A stretch of 64,000 nt of DNA. It comes from an uncultured Acidimicrobiaceae bacterium (lineage in GTDB: Bacteria > Actinomycetota > Acidimicrobiia > Acidimicrobiales > RAAP-2). Made by a program: the position numbers and the translations under genes. The notes below the pieces were generated by a model. The model was not told the DNA's origin and did not search any database. It saw nothing but the letters and a program-made list of their open reading frames with translations. Shown here piece after piece: positions 7,669 to 17,602 of this stretch (position 1 is its first letter; each line of letters opens with the position of its first letter). The DNA lies in the NCBI GenBank assembly GCA_963769765.1, contig CAVYNA010000004.1, positions 346,373-410,372 on the forward strand. The letters run 5' to 3'.

Positions 7669-8658
7669 GACGGACAGTTCGACTCGCAGGTCGCCCCCCA
7701 GGCTAGCCACCGACCGCACCGTGCCCCGCCACAGGTCGGCGATCCGCCCTGCGCCCGGACCGTCGAACAGCGGGTGGGCGTCGTCTCCGCCGAAGAAGGC
7801 CGGCGCGAGGTAGAGGACGTATCGGTCGACGAGGCGAGCGGTATGGAAGGCGTGGGCGACCCGCGGCCCCCCTTCGACGAGGAGCTGCACGACGCCTCGA
7901 CGACCGAGCTCGTCGAGGACCGAGCCGAGGTCGCCGGCGAGCTCGAGGGCCGGGTGGACCGCGGCGCCGGGTGGGACCCGCCCAAGGACGACGCGGAGCG
8001 GCTGGTCCACGGGAGACCGGTGGTCCGGATCATCGGGCGGGAGCCTAACGGTCAGCGCGGGGTCGTCCGCCCGCACCGTTCCCGCCCCCACCAGCACGGC
8101 GTCCGATCTCGCCCGGAGCCGGTGGACGTCTTGACGGGCCTCCTCGCCGGTGATCCAGCGGCTCGAGCCGTCGGGTGCTGCGGTCCGCCCGTCGAGGGTC
8201 GACGCCGCCTTGAGCACCACCCAGGGTCGACCCGTGGTGCGATGCTTCACGTAGGGGGCGAGCTGGTCGGCCACCACGTCGGCAGCGACGCCCACGTCGA
8301 CCTCGAGGCCGGCCGCGCGCAGGGCCGCGATACCCCGTCCGGCGACCAGCGGGTCGGGGTCCTCGATCCCGACCACCACCCGGCGCAGACCGGCGGCAGC
8401 GATGGCCTCCGTGCACGGCGGCGTGCGCCCGTGGTGCGCGCATGGCTCGAGCGTGACGTACAGGGTGGCGCCGTGCGCGTGTCCACCAGCCGCCCGGAGC
8501 GCTCCGATCTCGGCGTGCGCACCACCGGGTGGCGCGGTCGCCCCGACGAAGCCCGGCTCGCCCGGGGTGCTCGTGACGACGACCGCGCCGACCGCCGGGT
8601 TCGGCGAGGTACGTCCTTGGACCGCGCTGGCCGCCTCCGACGCGCGCAGCATCCACAC
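7657..8658 (-). CDS. ribD: bifunctional riboflavin biosynthesis deaminase/reductase
   Basis: ...MLRASEAASAVQGRTSPNPAVGAVVV...HAEIGALRAAG...ATLYVTLEPCAHHGRTPPCTEAI...KAASTLDGRTAAPDGSSRWITGEEAR...LLVEGGPRVAHAF... Start at GTG 8658 or ATG 8652. It is embedded in the spurious 749-aa ORF. Confidence 0.9.
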   Translation of the reverse strand: MWMLRASEAASAVQGRTSPNPAVGAVVVTSTPGEPGFVGATAPPGGAHAEIGALRAAGGHAHGATLYVTLEPCAHHGRTPPCTEAIAAAGLRRVVVGIEDPDPLVAGRGIAALRAAGLEVDVGVAADVVADQLAPYVKHRTTGRPWVVLKAASTLDGRTAAPDGSSRWITGEEARQDVHRLRARSDAVLVGAGTVRADDPALTVRLPPDDPDHRSPVDQPLRVVLGRVPPGAAVHPALELAGDLGSVLDELGRRGVVQLLVEGGPRVAHAFHTARLVDRYVLYLAPAFFGGDDAHPLFDGPGAGRIADLWRGTVRSVASLGGDLRVELSVVRP

Positions 8659-8693
8659 CCGGTCCTCGACGCCATCGGGCTTCTCCGGGTCGC

Positions 8694-9392
8694 TCAGGAC
8701 GGACCGCCCGAGACGGCGTCGAGCGCCGCGTCGAGGAGCGTGCGTGCCGCGTCGAGTGGATGCGGACGTCCGAACACGGCGGATCCGGCGACGAAGACGT
8801 TTGCACCCGCCCGGGCCGCCGCGGCGACGGTGTGCTCGTCGATGCCCCCGTCGACCTCGACGTCGACCGTCAGGCCGGCGGCGTCGACCGCGTCGCGGAC
8901 CTGTCGGACCTTCTCCAACACGTCCGCGATGAACGACTGCCCGCCGAACCCCGGGAACACCGTCATGCACAGGACGAGGTCGACCATCCCGAGGTACGGC
9001 TCGACCGCCTCGAACGGCGTGTCCGGATTGGACGCGAGCCCGACCCGGAGCCCGAGGTCGCGCATCTGGGAGACCAGGACCTCGGTCTCGCCGACCTCGA
9101 CATGGACCGTGCAGCCGTCGGCCCCCGCGTCGCGGAATGCCTCGAGATACCGCCCCGGCTCGGAGATCATCAGGTGCGTGTCGAAGAAGAGTCCGGTGTG
9201 CTGGCGCAACGACGCCACGACGGGTGGGCCGATGGTGAGGTTCGGCACGAAGTGGCCGTCCATCACGTCGACATGCAACCAGTCGGAACCAGGGGCGACG
9301 AGGTCGATCGCCGCGGAGAGGCAGCCGAAGTCTGCCGAGAGGATGGACGGCGCGACCCGCATCGGTCGGCCGCCGGGCGCCGGCACCATCAT
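8694..9392 (-). CDS. rpe: ribulose-phosphate 3-epimerase
   Basis: ...MRVAPSILSADFGCLSAAIDLVAPGSDWLHVDVMDGHFVPNLTIGPPVV...MTVFPGFGGQSF...DGGI... ATG 9392 overlaps the fmt stop (ATGA). ATG 9362 is an alternative start. Confidence 0.92.
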   Translation of the reverse strand: MMVPAPGGRPMRVAPSILSADFGCLSAAIDLVAPGSDWLHVDVMDGHFVPNLTIGPPVVASLRQHTGLFFDTHLMISEPGRYLEAFRDAGADGCTVHVEVGETEVLVSQMRDLGLRVGLASNPDTPFEAVEPYLGMVDLVLCMTVFPGFGGQSFIADVLEKVRQVRDAVDAAGLTVDVEVDGGIDEHTVAAAARAGANVFVAGSAVFGRPHPLDAARTLLDAALDAVSGGPS

Positions 9393-10312
9393 CGGATCCT
9401 ACCGGTGGCCCCGCCGGACGGACCCGACGGTGCGCCGAGCTGCTCGCCGGGTTCGGGACGCGCCCCGCGGTTCCATTCCACTGCGTCGACCGGCTGACGT
9501 CCCTCGGGCTGCACCGACCGCAGCTGCACGGACCCGTGTCCACCGGTGACGACCAACGTGCCGAGCATCGTGCCGGGCGGTCCGTCCAGTGGGTGGCCCG
9601 CCGGTACCGGGCCCGCCGCGAGGATGCGGAGGCGACGGGTCCGAAACGTCGTCCAGGCTCGCCCGAGCCGGACGACCCGGAGCACGTGCTCGGCGGGTTC
9701 GCACCAGTCGATCTCCAGCTCCGAGGGTCGCACCTTCTCGGCGTACGACGGAGTGCCCGCCTGCTCGTGCAGTGGCCCGAGGCCGGTGAGTCCGTCGACG
9801 AGCTCCTCCTCGAGGAGTGCACACGCCAGCTCGACGAGGCGGGAGCGCAGCGCGTCGGCCGTCTCCTCCTCGCCGATGACCGTGCTCCGCACCGCGTAGA
9901 CGCCACCGGTGTCGAGCCCGGGCTCGACCGCCATCAGGCAGACCCCGGTCTCCGAGTCGCCCTCGAGGATCGCCCGTTCGACGGGCGCGGCACCGCGCCA
10001 GCGGGGCAACAGCGAGAAGTGCACGTTCACCATTGGCAGCTTCTCGAGCACGGCGGCGGGGATGATCCGGCCGTAGGCCACGACCACACCGAGCTCGGCC
10101 CCCACGTCGACCACGTCCGCGAGCTCGGTCGTAACGGGCAGTCCGAGCGCGGTGGCCGCGGCCTTGACCGGGCTCGGCGACGTGACGGCGCCCCGTCCCC
10201 GTCGGGTGTCGGGCCGGGTGACCACGAGCGCGATCTCGTGGCCGGTCCGGACGAGCGTCTCGAGAGGGGGGACCGCCGACTCCGGTGTCCCCAGGTAGAC
10301 GAGGCGGGCCAT
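9389..10312 (-). CDS. fmt: methionyl-tRNA formyltransferase
   Basis: MARLVYLGTPESAVPPLETLVRTGHEIALVVTRPDTRRGRG...NVHFSLLPRWRGAAPVERAILEGDSETGVCLM... The start is set at ATG 10312. Confidence 0.9.
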   Translation of the reverse strand: MARLVYLGTPESAVPPLETLVRTGHEIALVVTRPDTRRGRGAVTSPSPVKAAATALGLPVTTELADVVDVGAELGVVVAYGRIIPAAVLEKLPMVNVHFSLLPRWRGAAPVERAILEGDSETGVCLMAVEPGLDTGGVYAVRSTVIGEEETADALRSRLVELACALLEEELVDGLTGLGPLHEQAGTPSYAEKVRPSELEIDWCEPAEHVLRVVRLGRAWTTFRTRRLRILAAGPVPAGHPLDGPPGTMLGTLVVTGGHGSVQLRSVQPEGRQPVDAVEWNRGARPEPGEQLGAPSGPSGGATGRIR

Positions 10313-10370
10313 CGGCGGGACGCTACCAAGCCGCGGCCGGTCGACGGCCGACTCCGGTCCGGCGTGCCGT

Positions 10371-10919
10371 TCAGACCTCCCGCGAAACCGACCCTGCGCC
10401 CACCAGCTTCGCCTCGAGCTCGGTGGTGTCCAGCCCGAGGGCACGGTCGCGCAGCACCCGCAGCGCCTGCTTGCGAAGGTCGTCGTCGAGCCGTTCGATC
10501 ATGAGGACCCCGTCGAGGTGGTCGATCTCGTGTTGGAAGACCCGACCGAGGAACTCGTCGGCCTCGAAGGAGATCTCGCGGCCCTCGAGGTCGAGGGCGG
10601 TGATGTGGACCCGCTCGGGCCGCACGATCCCGAGGCGCAGCCCGGGGATCGAGAGGCAGCCCTCCTCGTAGTACCACTCGCCCTCGCTCTCGACGAGCGT
10701 GGGATTGACGACGGCCGTCGGTCCGTCGCCGATGTCGTAGACGAAGAGCCGCTTTTGCACCCCGACCTGCGGTGCAGCCAGCCCGGCACCTTCTTCCTCG
10801 TACATCGTCTCGATCATGTCGTCGACGAGCGCCACCACGGTGGCGTCGATGTCCTCGATCTCACGTGCGGCCTGCTTGAGCACGGGGTCGCCGTAGGTGC
10901 GAACCGCATAGGGGGCCAT
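10371..10919 (-). CDS. def: peptide deformylase
   Basis: MAPYAVRTYGDPVLKQAAREIEDID...GAGLAAPQVGVQKRLFVY...EGCLSIPG...FQHEIDHLDGVL carries all three PDF motifs. The start is set at ATG 10919. Confidence 0.93.
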   Translation of the reverse strand: MAPYAVRTYGDPVLKQAAREIEDIDATVVALVDDMIETMYEEEGAGLAAPQVGVQKRLFVYDIGDGPTAVVNPTLVESEGEWYYEEGCLSIPGLRLGIVRPERVHITALDLEGREISFEADEFLGRVFQHEIDHLDGVLMIERLDDDLRKQALRVLRDRALGLDTTELEAKLVGAGSVSREV

Positions 10920-11001
10920 CGCCCCATTGTACGGGCCGCCCGCGCAACGGTGCCCACGGGGCGGCGCAACAGCGTCGGCGGGACGACGGGCCACACCCGC
11001 G

Positions 11002-12816
11002 TCAGACGTCGACAGGATCGACCTCGACGCGGACCCGCCCCTCCGGCCGACCCACCGCCGCCAGCGCATCACAGAGGACGTGGTGGTCGGCAGCCCGGAG
11101 CAACCAGCGATCCTCCTCGAGCTCGGAGACCGTCGGTCCTCCGACCGCACGGACCCGGTCGACCAGCTCGGCGGCACCGGGCCCGCGCAGCGTCGCGAGC
11201 GCACCGAAGGGCGGGAGGTCGATCGCCCGACGCACGGCCCGCTCCGCATCGAGGAGGAGCGACGGGTCCGCGTGGACCGCGGCGGCGAGCACCTCGTGGT
11301 CCGGCAGTCGGGTCTGCACGAGGATCCGTCCGCCGCTCCCCCGCCCGCCGGTCAGGCGAGCCGCGCGCGCGAGCAGCGCGAACGCCTCTTCGGAGGCAGA
11401 GAAGCGCGGCGCGAGCAGGTGCTGGTCGAAGTCGAGGAAGGCGACCAGTCCGACGCGCCCGGACCGGTGGAGGGCAGCCTCGGTGCCGACGACCAGCCTC
11501 GCCCGTCGGGCGTCCACCGGGTCCGTCGTGGCCGAGACCTCGAGGGCCTCCAGCCCGAGGAGTGCGGAGAGCTCTTCGGTCGCCCGCGAGACGCCCATGC
11601 GGACGCTCCGCAACCTGGTCGAGTCGCAGCGTGCGCAGATGGCGGGCCGCTCGCCGCCGCACCGCGGGCAGTGCAGTGCCCCGTCGCGGACCGGCTGTGC
11701 GAGCGCGCCGCCGCAGACGGTGCACCTCGCAAGCGTGCCGCACTCCCCACAGGCCAGCAGGCGGACGCGTCCGGTCCGGTTGAGCACGCAGACCACACGC
11801 CCCTCGGACTGTCCGAGGAGCGTGCGGGCGGCATGCACCAGCCGCTCGGAGAAGAGCCCGGTGCGTGGGTCGGCGCCCCTCCGGTCGACCGGTTCGACGA
11901 CCGGCCACCCCTGCCGCTCGAGCTCGCGTCCGGTCGTGACCATCCGGGTCCCCTCGCTCAGCACGACCGTCGGGCACGGCGTCACGAGCGCAACCGGGGC
12001 GCCGTCGCGTCGCGCCCGCTCGAGAACGACGTCGACGGCGGACCAGGTCGGCGCCCGCTGCTCGCGGTAGGCCTCGTCGTGCGCGTCGAGCACGACCGCG
12101 CCGCGGAGCCCGACCACCGGACACCACGCGGCGCTCCTGGTCCCGACGACGACGGCACCTCCGGCTGCAGCCCGCTCCCAGGCGCCGGGAAGGACCGCGA
12201 CCGGTAGACCGGCCGCGATGAGCCGGTCTGCGAGCTCGTCGACCCGCGCGTGCTCGGGTGCGAGGACCACGATCCCATGGGTCCCGAGACGGTCCACCAG
12301 CTCGAGCACGATCCGGGCGGTGTCGTACGCGGGAGCGAGCCGCACCACCGCGGGAACGGGCGCGGACTCGAGGACGGCGTCCACGAGGCCGACCGCGCCA
12401 CCTCCCGGGGACACGCGTGGTCGATCGTCCGCAGGTTCCGGCGTCACCGCGGGCCCGGGCGCGGCCTCGACCACGCGGTGCGGCGAGGCGGTGGCGAGGA
12501 AGGAGGCGACCGGCCCTGCCCATCGCCAGGCGGCCCAGTCGGCGAGTGCCACGACCTCCGGTGGGGGCCCGTGACCACTCGACGCGGCGAGCGGGACGGG
12601 AACGACCCCCTCGTCGGGCGCGACCCAGTCCTCGACCACCCACCCGCCGACCCGCCGACCGTGCAGCACGACCCGGACCCGGCTCCCGACCGCGATCCGG
12701 TCGTCGAGCAGTGGCGGGACCTCGTAGTCGAAGCGGCGGGCGATCGCCGGGACGTCCGGGACGACCCGGACGACCCGGCCGTGGCGGGGCGGCTCCCCGT
12801 CCGGTGCTCCGCTCAG
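11002..12816 (-). CDS. priA: primosomal protein N' (PriA) with degenerate ATPase motifs
   Basis: ...[41 protein letters not shown]...VVGTRSAAW...Cys-rich region [47 protein letters not shown]... There is no ATG/GTG/TTG between the metK stop and the conserved N-terminus. The start is tentatively CTG 12816, overlapping the metK TGA. Confidence 0.8.
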   Translation of the reverse strand: MSGAPDGEPPRHGRVVRVVPDVPAIARRFDYEVPPLLDDRIAVGSRVRVVLHGRRVGGWVVEDWVAPDEGVVPVPLAASSGHGPPPEVVALADWAAWRWAGPVASFLATASPHRVVEAAPGPAVTPEPADDRPRVSPGGGAVGLVDAVLESAPVPAVVRLAPAYDTARIVLELVDRLGTHGIVVLAPEHARVDELADRLIAAGLPVAVLPGAWERAAAGGAVVVGTRSAAWCPVVGLRGAVVLDAHDEAYREQRAPTWSAVDVVLERARRDGAPVALVTPCPTVVLSEGTRMVTTGRELERQGWPVVEPVDRRGADPRTGLFSERLVHAARTLLGQSEGRVVCVLNRTGRVRLLACGECGTLARCTVCGGALAQPVRDGALHCPRCGGERPAICARCDSTRLRSVRMGVSRATEELSALLGLEALEVSATTDPVDARRARLVVGTEAALHRSGRVGLVAFLDFDQHLLAPRFSASEEAFALLARAARLTGGRGSGGRILVQTRLPDHEVLAAAVHADPSLLLDAERAVRRAIDLPPFGALATLRGPGAAELVDRVRAVGGPTVSELEEDRWLLRAADHHVLCDALAAVGRPEGRVRVEVDPVDV

Positions 12817-14009
12817 AGGCCGAGCGCCTGGGTCAGGTCGTCGGCCCGCGAGGTGTCCTCCCAGGTGAACTCCTTCTCGGAGCGGCCGAAGTGACCGTAC
12901 GCGGCCGTCTTGCGGTAGATCGGCCGCTTGAGCTCGAGATCGCGCACGATCGCTGCGGGGCGGAGGTCGAAGAGCTCCTCGACCACCGCGCCGATCCGTG
13001 CCGGGTCGCACTGCTCGGTGCCGAAGGTCTCCACCAGCAGCGACACCGGGCGCGCGACCCCGATCGCATAGGCCACCTGGACCTCGCAGCGGGTCGCCGC
13101 GCCCGAGGCGACGACGTTCTTCGCCACCCAGCGCGCTGCGTACGCGGCCGAGCGGTCGACCTTCGAGGGGTCTTTGCCGGAGAACGCCCCTCCGCCGTGG
13201 CGTGCCATGCCGCCGTAGGTGTCCACGATGATCTTGCGACCGGTGAGCCCGGTGTCGGCGTGCGGTCCGCCGAGCTCGAACACGCCGGTGGGATTGGCCA
13301 GGACGCGCATCTTTTCGGTGTCGAGCTCGGGAGGGAGCAGCGGGTTGATCACGTTGTCCTTCAGGTCCGGGAGGAGCAGCGTCTCGAGGTCCACCCCGGG
13401 GTCGTGCTGAGTCGAGATCAGCACCGTCTCGAGCGCGATCGGACGACCGTCCTCGTAGGTCACGCTCACCTGCGTCTTGCCGTCCGGCCGGAGGTACGGC
13501 AGGACGCCGACCCTGCGGACCTGGGCGAGCCGCTGTGCGAGCCGGTGCGCCAGCCAGATCGGGAGCGGCATCAGGTCCGGGGTCTCGTCGCAGGCGTAGC
13601 CGAACATCATCCCCTGGTCGCCCGCACCCTGGGCGTTGAGCTGGTCCTCGCCGCCGGTGCCCGCCCGCACTTCGAATGCGTTGTCGACACCCTGGCCGAT
13701 GTCGGGGGACTGCTCGTCGATCGAGACGATGACTCCGCAGGTGTTGCCGTCGATGCCATAGGCGTCGTCGTCGTAGCCGATATCGCGCACCGTCTGTCGG
13801 ACGAGCTTCGGGATGTCCACGTACGTCGACGTGGTGATCTCCCCGGCGACGAGGACGAGGCCGGTCGTGAGCAGCGTCTCGCAGGCGACTCGGCTCTCGG
13901 GATCGTCGGCCAGCATCGCGTCGAGCACGGTGTCGGAGATCTGGTCGGCCATCTTGTCGGGATGACCCTCGGTCACCGACTCCGAGGTGAACGTAGATCG
14001 GGTGCTCAC
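12813..14009 (-). CDS. metK: S-adenosylmethionine synthase
   Basis: [33 protein letters not shown]...[12 protein letters not shown]...[23 protein letters not shown]... over the full length (398 aa). Confidence 0.97.
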   Translation of the reverse strand: MSTRSTFTSESVTEGHPDKMADQISDTVLDAMLADDPESRVACETLLTTGLVLVAGEITTSTYVDIPKLVRQTVRDIGYDDDAYGIDGNTCGVIVSIDEQSPDIGQGVDNAFEVRAGTGGEDQLNAQGAGDQGMMFGYACDETPDLMPLPIWLAHRLAQRLAQVRRVGVLPYLRPDGKTQVSVTYEDGRPIALETVLISTQHDPGVDLETLLLPDLKDNVINPLLPPELDTEKMRVLANPTGVFELGGPHADTGLTGRKIIVDTYGGMARHGGGAFSGKDPSKVDRSAAYAARWVAKNVVASGAATRCEVQVAYAIGVARPVSLLVETFGTEQCDPARIGAVVEELFDLRPAAIVRDLELKRPIYRKTAAYGHFGRSEKEFTWEDTSRADDLTQALGL

Positions 14010-14109
14010 GGGTAGGTCCTTCCTGATCGGCGCCGGACGCCATGGGCGACTGACGGGAGGAGCCGGGGTTGCGGTGGCGGGGCGCCCCTCAAGGCGGCCT
14101 GCTGCGCGG

Positions 14110-15318
14110 TCATCGGGTCCCCAGCAGCGCGCACACCCTATCCAAAACTGCCTCGGCCACCGCCGCCTTCGTGGTCAGCTCGACCACGGTCGTCGATCCG
14201 TCGGCGCCGAAGAGGGTGACCGCGTTGGTGTCGTGTTCGAAGCCGACCCCCGGTGCCGAGACGTCATTGGCCACCATCAGGTCGACGCCCTTCGCGGCCA
14301 GCTTTGCCGTGGCACGGGTGGCGAGGTCGTCGGTCTCGGCGGCGAAGCCGACCAGGACCTGCCCGGGAACCCGGCGTCGGCCCAGCTCGGAGATGATGTC
14401 GGGCGTCGGCTCGAGCACGAGGTCGGGCACGCCGTCCGCCTTGCGGAGCTTGTCGGGACGGACCTCTTTGGCCCGGAAGTCGGCGACGGCAGCCGCCATG
14501 ATGACCACGTCGGCCTTGCTGGCGTGCGCGAGCAGCGCGCGCTCCATCTCGGCCGCCGTCTCGACCCGCTCGACGACCGTCGCTCCCGAGACGGCCCGGT
14601 CGGTCGTCGTCACGAGGACGACCCGGGCACCGCGGCGGGCCGCTGCCTCGGCCACGGCGTGGCCCTGCTTGCCCGACGAGCGGTTGGTGATGACCCGGAC
14701 CGGGTCGATCGGCTCACGCGTGCCCCCCGCCGAGACGAGCACGGTCCTCCCCGCGAGCTGACCGGGTCCGCGACCGGCGGCGAGGAGCTCGAGGACGCGC
14801 TCGACGATGACCCCTGGCTCGGCGAGCCGGCCCGTCCCCACGTCGCCTCCGGCGAGCACGCCCACAGTCGGCGGCACCACGGTGACGCCGCGCCCGACCA
14901 GCACGGCCAGGTTCGCCTGGACCGCGGGGTGCTCCCACATCTCGGTGTGCATCGCCGGGCAGACGACGACCGGTGCCCGCGTCGCGAGCAACGTCGCAGA
15001 GAGCGCATCGTCGGCCATGCCCGCCGCATACCGTGCGAGCAGGTCTGCCGTGGCCGGGGCCACGACGACCATCGTGGCCCGCTGACCGAGCTCGGTGTGG
15101 GCGAGGCGCGCGGGTCCGTCCCAGAGGCTGACCAGTGCGGGCTCCGAGCCCAGTGCGTCGAAGGTCGCCGTGCCGACGAAGCGGGTCGCCCGCTCGGTGA
15201 GCACGGGCACGACGTGGAGTCCCGCGTCGACCAGACGCCGGCAGATCTCGACCGCCTTGTAGGCGGCGATCCCCGCTGCGACCCCGAGCACGACCGTGGG
15301 ACGGTCCTCACCGCTCAC
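14110..15318 (-). CDS. coaBC: bifunctional phosphopantothenoylcysteine decarboxylase / phosphopantothenate-cysteine ligase
   Basis: [48 protein letters not shown]...[17 protein letters not shown]...[17 protein letters not shown]... (402 aa). Confidence 0.93.
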   Translation of the reverse strand: MSGEDRPTVVLGVAAGIAAYKAVEICRRLVDAGLHVVPVLTERATRFVGTATFDALGSEPALVSLWDGPARLAHTELGQRATMVVVAPATADLLARYAAGMADDALSATLLATRAPVVVCPAMHTEMWEHPAVQANLAVLVGRGVTVVPPTVGVLAGGDVGTGRLAEPGVIVERVLELLAAGRGPGQLAGRTVLVSAGGTREPIDPVRVITNRSSGKQGHAVAEAAARRGARVVLVTTTDRAVSGATVVERVETAAEMERALLAHASKADVVIMAAAVADFRAKEVRPDKLRKADGVPDLVLEPTPDIISELGRRRVPGQVLVGFAAETDDLATRATAKLAAKGVDLMVANDVSAPGVGFEHDTNAVTLFGADGSTTVVELTTKAAVAEAVLDRVCALLGTR

Positions 15319-15376
15319 CGGTCACTCACCCCCTCGCCCTGTCCGTTGCCGACGGCGTCGGCGACGGCCGAATTCG

Positions 15377-15736
15377 CTACTCGGTGGACTCGACCGGGGC
15401 TTCGCCACCGGCATTCTCGGCCTCGCCGCCGAGCAGTTCGAGCTCGGCGGCCGCAGCCTCGGCCGCCTCGGCCGCGGCCAACTCTTCCGGGTCGGGGCGC
15501 GTGTAGGTCGCCTTCCCCTCGGCCACCTCCTCGAACGCGATCGAGAGCGGCTTCCCCGAGGGCGACGCGACCTGGGGCGGCACGACCACACCGAGCCCCT
15601 CGCCGAGTGAGTTGTAGTAGCTGTTGACCTGGCGGGCTCGGCGTGACGCGAGCGCCACCAACGTGAACTTCGAGTCCACCTTGTCGAGGAGGTCCTCGAT
15701 CGGCGGGTCCATGAGCGTGGTCTCGGTCTGGGCCAT
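15377..15736 (-). CDS. rpoZ: DNA-directed RNA polymerase subunit omega
   Basis: [41 protein letters not shown]... The ATG shares one nt with the gmk TGA (TGATG). Confidence 0.9.
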   Translation of the reverse strand: MAQTETTLMDPPIEDLLDKVDSKFTLVALASRRARQVNSYYNSLGEGLGVVVPPQVASPSGKPLSIAFEEVAEGKATYTRPDPEELAAAEAAEAAAAELELLGGEAENAGGEAPVESTE

Positions 15737-16383
15737 CACGATCCTTTGGGCTGGTCCGGCGCGGCGGGTCGAGGCCCGTCCGCCGGCGCGCGGTCCTCGG
15801 GAGGGACGGCGCGGTGAGCTGCCAGTATACCGGCCACCTCGGCGGTGGCCTGTGCGACCTCCCGGTTCACGACCACGGCGTCGGCGATCTCGCGTCCGGC
15901 ACGCTCCTCGGCCGCACCTTCGCGGAGCCGTTCGGCGATGTGGTCGTCGTCGTCGCCCCGACCCCGGAGGCGCTCGGCCTGCACCTCGACCGAGGGCGGC
16001 ACGAGGAGGATCAACACCGCGTCCGGCCGGAGCCCACGCACCTGGCGGGCGCCCTGCAGATCGATCTCGAGGAGGAGGTCCCGTCCGGCCGGCGCGTCGG
16101 CGAGCGGCGTGCCGTACAGGTTGCCGAGGAACTCGGCCCACTCGAGGAACCCGCCACCGTCACGGCGTGCCTCGAAGGTCGGGCGGTCGACGAAGACGTA
16201 CGCCTCGTCCGACTCTCCGGTCCGGCGCGGCCGGGTCGTCCACGAGCGGCTCAGCCAGAGACGCGGATCGGTCGCGACGAGACGCGCGGCGACGGTCCCC
16301 TTTCCGGCCCCGCCGGGACCGAAGAGGACGAAGATCGATCGTTCGGTCGGGTCGACCGCTGGTCGGGGTGGCGCTCCGCTCAG
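15736..16383 (-). CDS. gmk: guanylate kinase
   Basis: Hand translation gives [71 protein letters not shown]...[26 protein letters not shown]... The first canonical start in this frame (GTG 16041) lies after the P-loop. The start is tentatively CTG 16383, overlapping the mihF TGA. Confidence 0.8.
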   Translation of the reverse strand: MSGAPPRPAVDPTERSIFVLFGPGGAGKGTVAARLVATDPRLWLSRSWTTRPRRTGESDEAYVFVDRPTFEARRDGGGFLEWAEFLGNLYGTPLADAPAGRDLLLEIDLQGARQVRGLRPDAVLILLVPPSVEVQAERLRGRGDDDDHIAERLREGAAEERAGREIADAVVVNREVAQATAEVAGILAAHRAVPPEDRAPADGPRPAAPDQPKGS

Positions 16384-16697
16384 CGCGCGGTCTCGCGGAG
16401 CAACGCTTCGCGCTGGTTGCTTCCCAGTCCCTGAAGTCGACGGCTCTCGCTGATCCCGACGGCGTCCATGAGGCGGCGCGCTTTCACCTTGCCGAGGCCG
16501 GGGAGCGACTCGAGCACCGAGAGCACTTTCATCTTCCCCACCGTCTCGTTGGCGTCCGCCATCGAGAGGAGCTCCGAAAGGTTGATGGATCCGAGCTTGA
16601 GCTTCTCCTTGACCTCGGCCCGCTCACGGCGGACCTTGGCTGCCTTGGCCAGTGCGGCCTGGCGCTGTTCGGGCGTGAGTGCAGGAGGTTGCGGCAT
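16380..16697 (-). CDS. mihF: integration host factor MihF
   Basis: MPQPPALTPEQRQAALAKAAKVRRERAEVKEKLKLGSINLSELLSMAD...VLESLPGLGKVKARRLMDAVGISESRRLQGLGSNQREALL. The mihF-gmk-rpoZ order is the same as in mycobacteria. Confidence 0.85.
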   Translation of the reverse strand: MPQPPALTPEQRQAALAKAAKVRRERAEVKEKLKLGSINLSELLSMADANETVGKMKVLSVLESLPGLGKVKARRLMDAVGISESRRLQGLGSNQREALLRETAR

Positions 16698-16704
16698 GGT
16701 CGAG

Positions 16705-16710
16705 ACGATA
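16705..16710 (-). promoter_or_regulatory. -10-like TATCGT, 7 nt before the mihF ATG; candidate leaderless promoter
   Basis: The minus strand reads ...ggcgcTATCGTctcgaccATG. ATGACC lies 17-18 nt upstream as a weak -35. Confidence 0.35.
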
Positions 16711-16809
16711 GCGCCTCTCGCGGCCCAGGTCATGCGGGCAGGAGCGTTGCCATCGGGGCCCGGCGCCCATCCGCCGCCGTGGGCGCCCCAGGCGGAGGCG
16801 GTCCCCCCG

Positions 16810-17595
16810 ATGGTCGATACTGGCGCTGTGGTCGTTGTCGATCTCAACGCCGACCTGGCGGAGGGCGAGGTGCACACCGCCCGCGACGCCGGGCTCCTCG
16901 AGGTCGTGACCAGCGTGAGCGTCGCGTGCGGTTACCACGCGGGGAACCGCGCGGTGATGCGAGCCACGGTGGAGGCGTGCGTCGCGAGGGGCGTGGTCGT
17001 CGGCGCCCACGTCTCCTACCGCGATCGGGAGGGCTTCGGACGTCGTGCGCTCGCCGTCACGCCCGCGCAGCTGCTCGCCGACGTCGCCGACCAGTGCCTG
17101 GTGCTCCTCGAGGAGGCCGACGCGGTCGGTGGGACGGTCGCGTTTGTGAAGCCGCACGGCGCCCTCTACCACCGGGTGGCAGCCGACCCTGACGCGGCGG
17201 AGGCTGTCGTCGATGCGATGACCTCCCTTTCGATCGCCGTGCTCGTCGGCCAGTCCGGGTCCGCGGTGATCGAGCCCGCGCGGCGGGCGGGCCTCCGTGT
17301 CGTCCGCGAGGGCTTTCCCGACCGCGGCTACCTTCCGGACGGCACGTTGACTGCGCGCGGGCACGAGGCGTCGGAGGTGACCGATCCGGCGGTCGTCGCC
17401 CGTCGGGCGGTCTCCCTCGTCGTGCACGGCGGTGTCCAGGCGGTGACCGGCGAGTGGACACGGGTCGCCGTCGACACCCTCTGCATCCACGGCGATGCGC
17501 CCGGTGCGCTCGACCACGCTCGCGCGGTCCGGCGCGAGCTGGACGCGGCCGGCATCGAGGTGCGCCCGTTCGTCGGTCCTGTCGGCGGACGCTGA
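16810..17595 (+). CDS. pxpA: 5-oxoprolinase subunit A (LamB/YcsF family)
   Basis: MVDTGAVVVVDLNADLAEGEVHTARDAGLLEVVTSVSVACGYHAGNRAVMRATVEACVARGVVVGAHVSYRDREGFGRR...FVKPHGALYH... The start is set at ATG 16810. Confidence 0.85.
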   Translation: MVDTGAVVVVDLNADLAEGEVHTARDAGLLEVVTSVSVACGYHAGNRAVMRATVEACVARGVVVGAHVSYRDREGFGRRALAVTPAQLLADVADQCLVLLEEADAVGGTVAFVKPHGALYHRVAADPDAAEAVVDAMTSLSIAVLVGQSGSAVIEPARRAGLRVVREGFPDRGYLPDGTLTARGHEASEVTDPAVVARRAVSLVVHGGVQAVTGEWTRVAVDTLCIHGDAPGALDHARAVRRELDAAGIEVRPFVGPVGGR

Positions 17596-17602
17596 GCCGA
17601 CG

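Noticed and set aside
14010-14109. Possible SAM riboswitch in the 100-nt coaBC-metK spacer
   Set aside because: The spacer is GC-rich with short palindromes (GGGGCGCCCC, CCGGCGCCG) and has loose similarities (GAGGGG...GCAACC...GGCGCCGAUCAGG) to the SAM-I/IV core. I could not assemble the required P1-P4 helices or the conserved AUC.AGAG / AGAUGAG closing strands. A covariance-model search would be needed, so it is not called.
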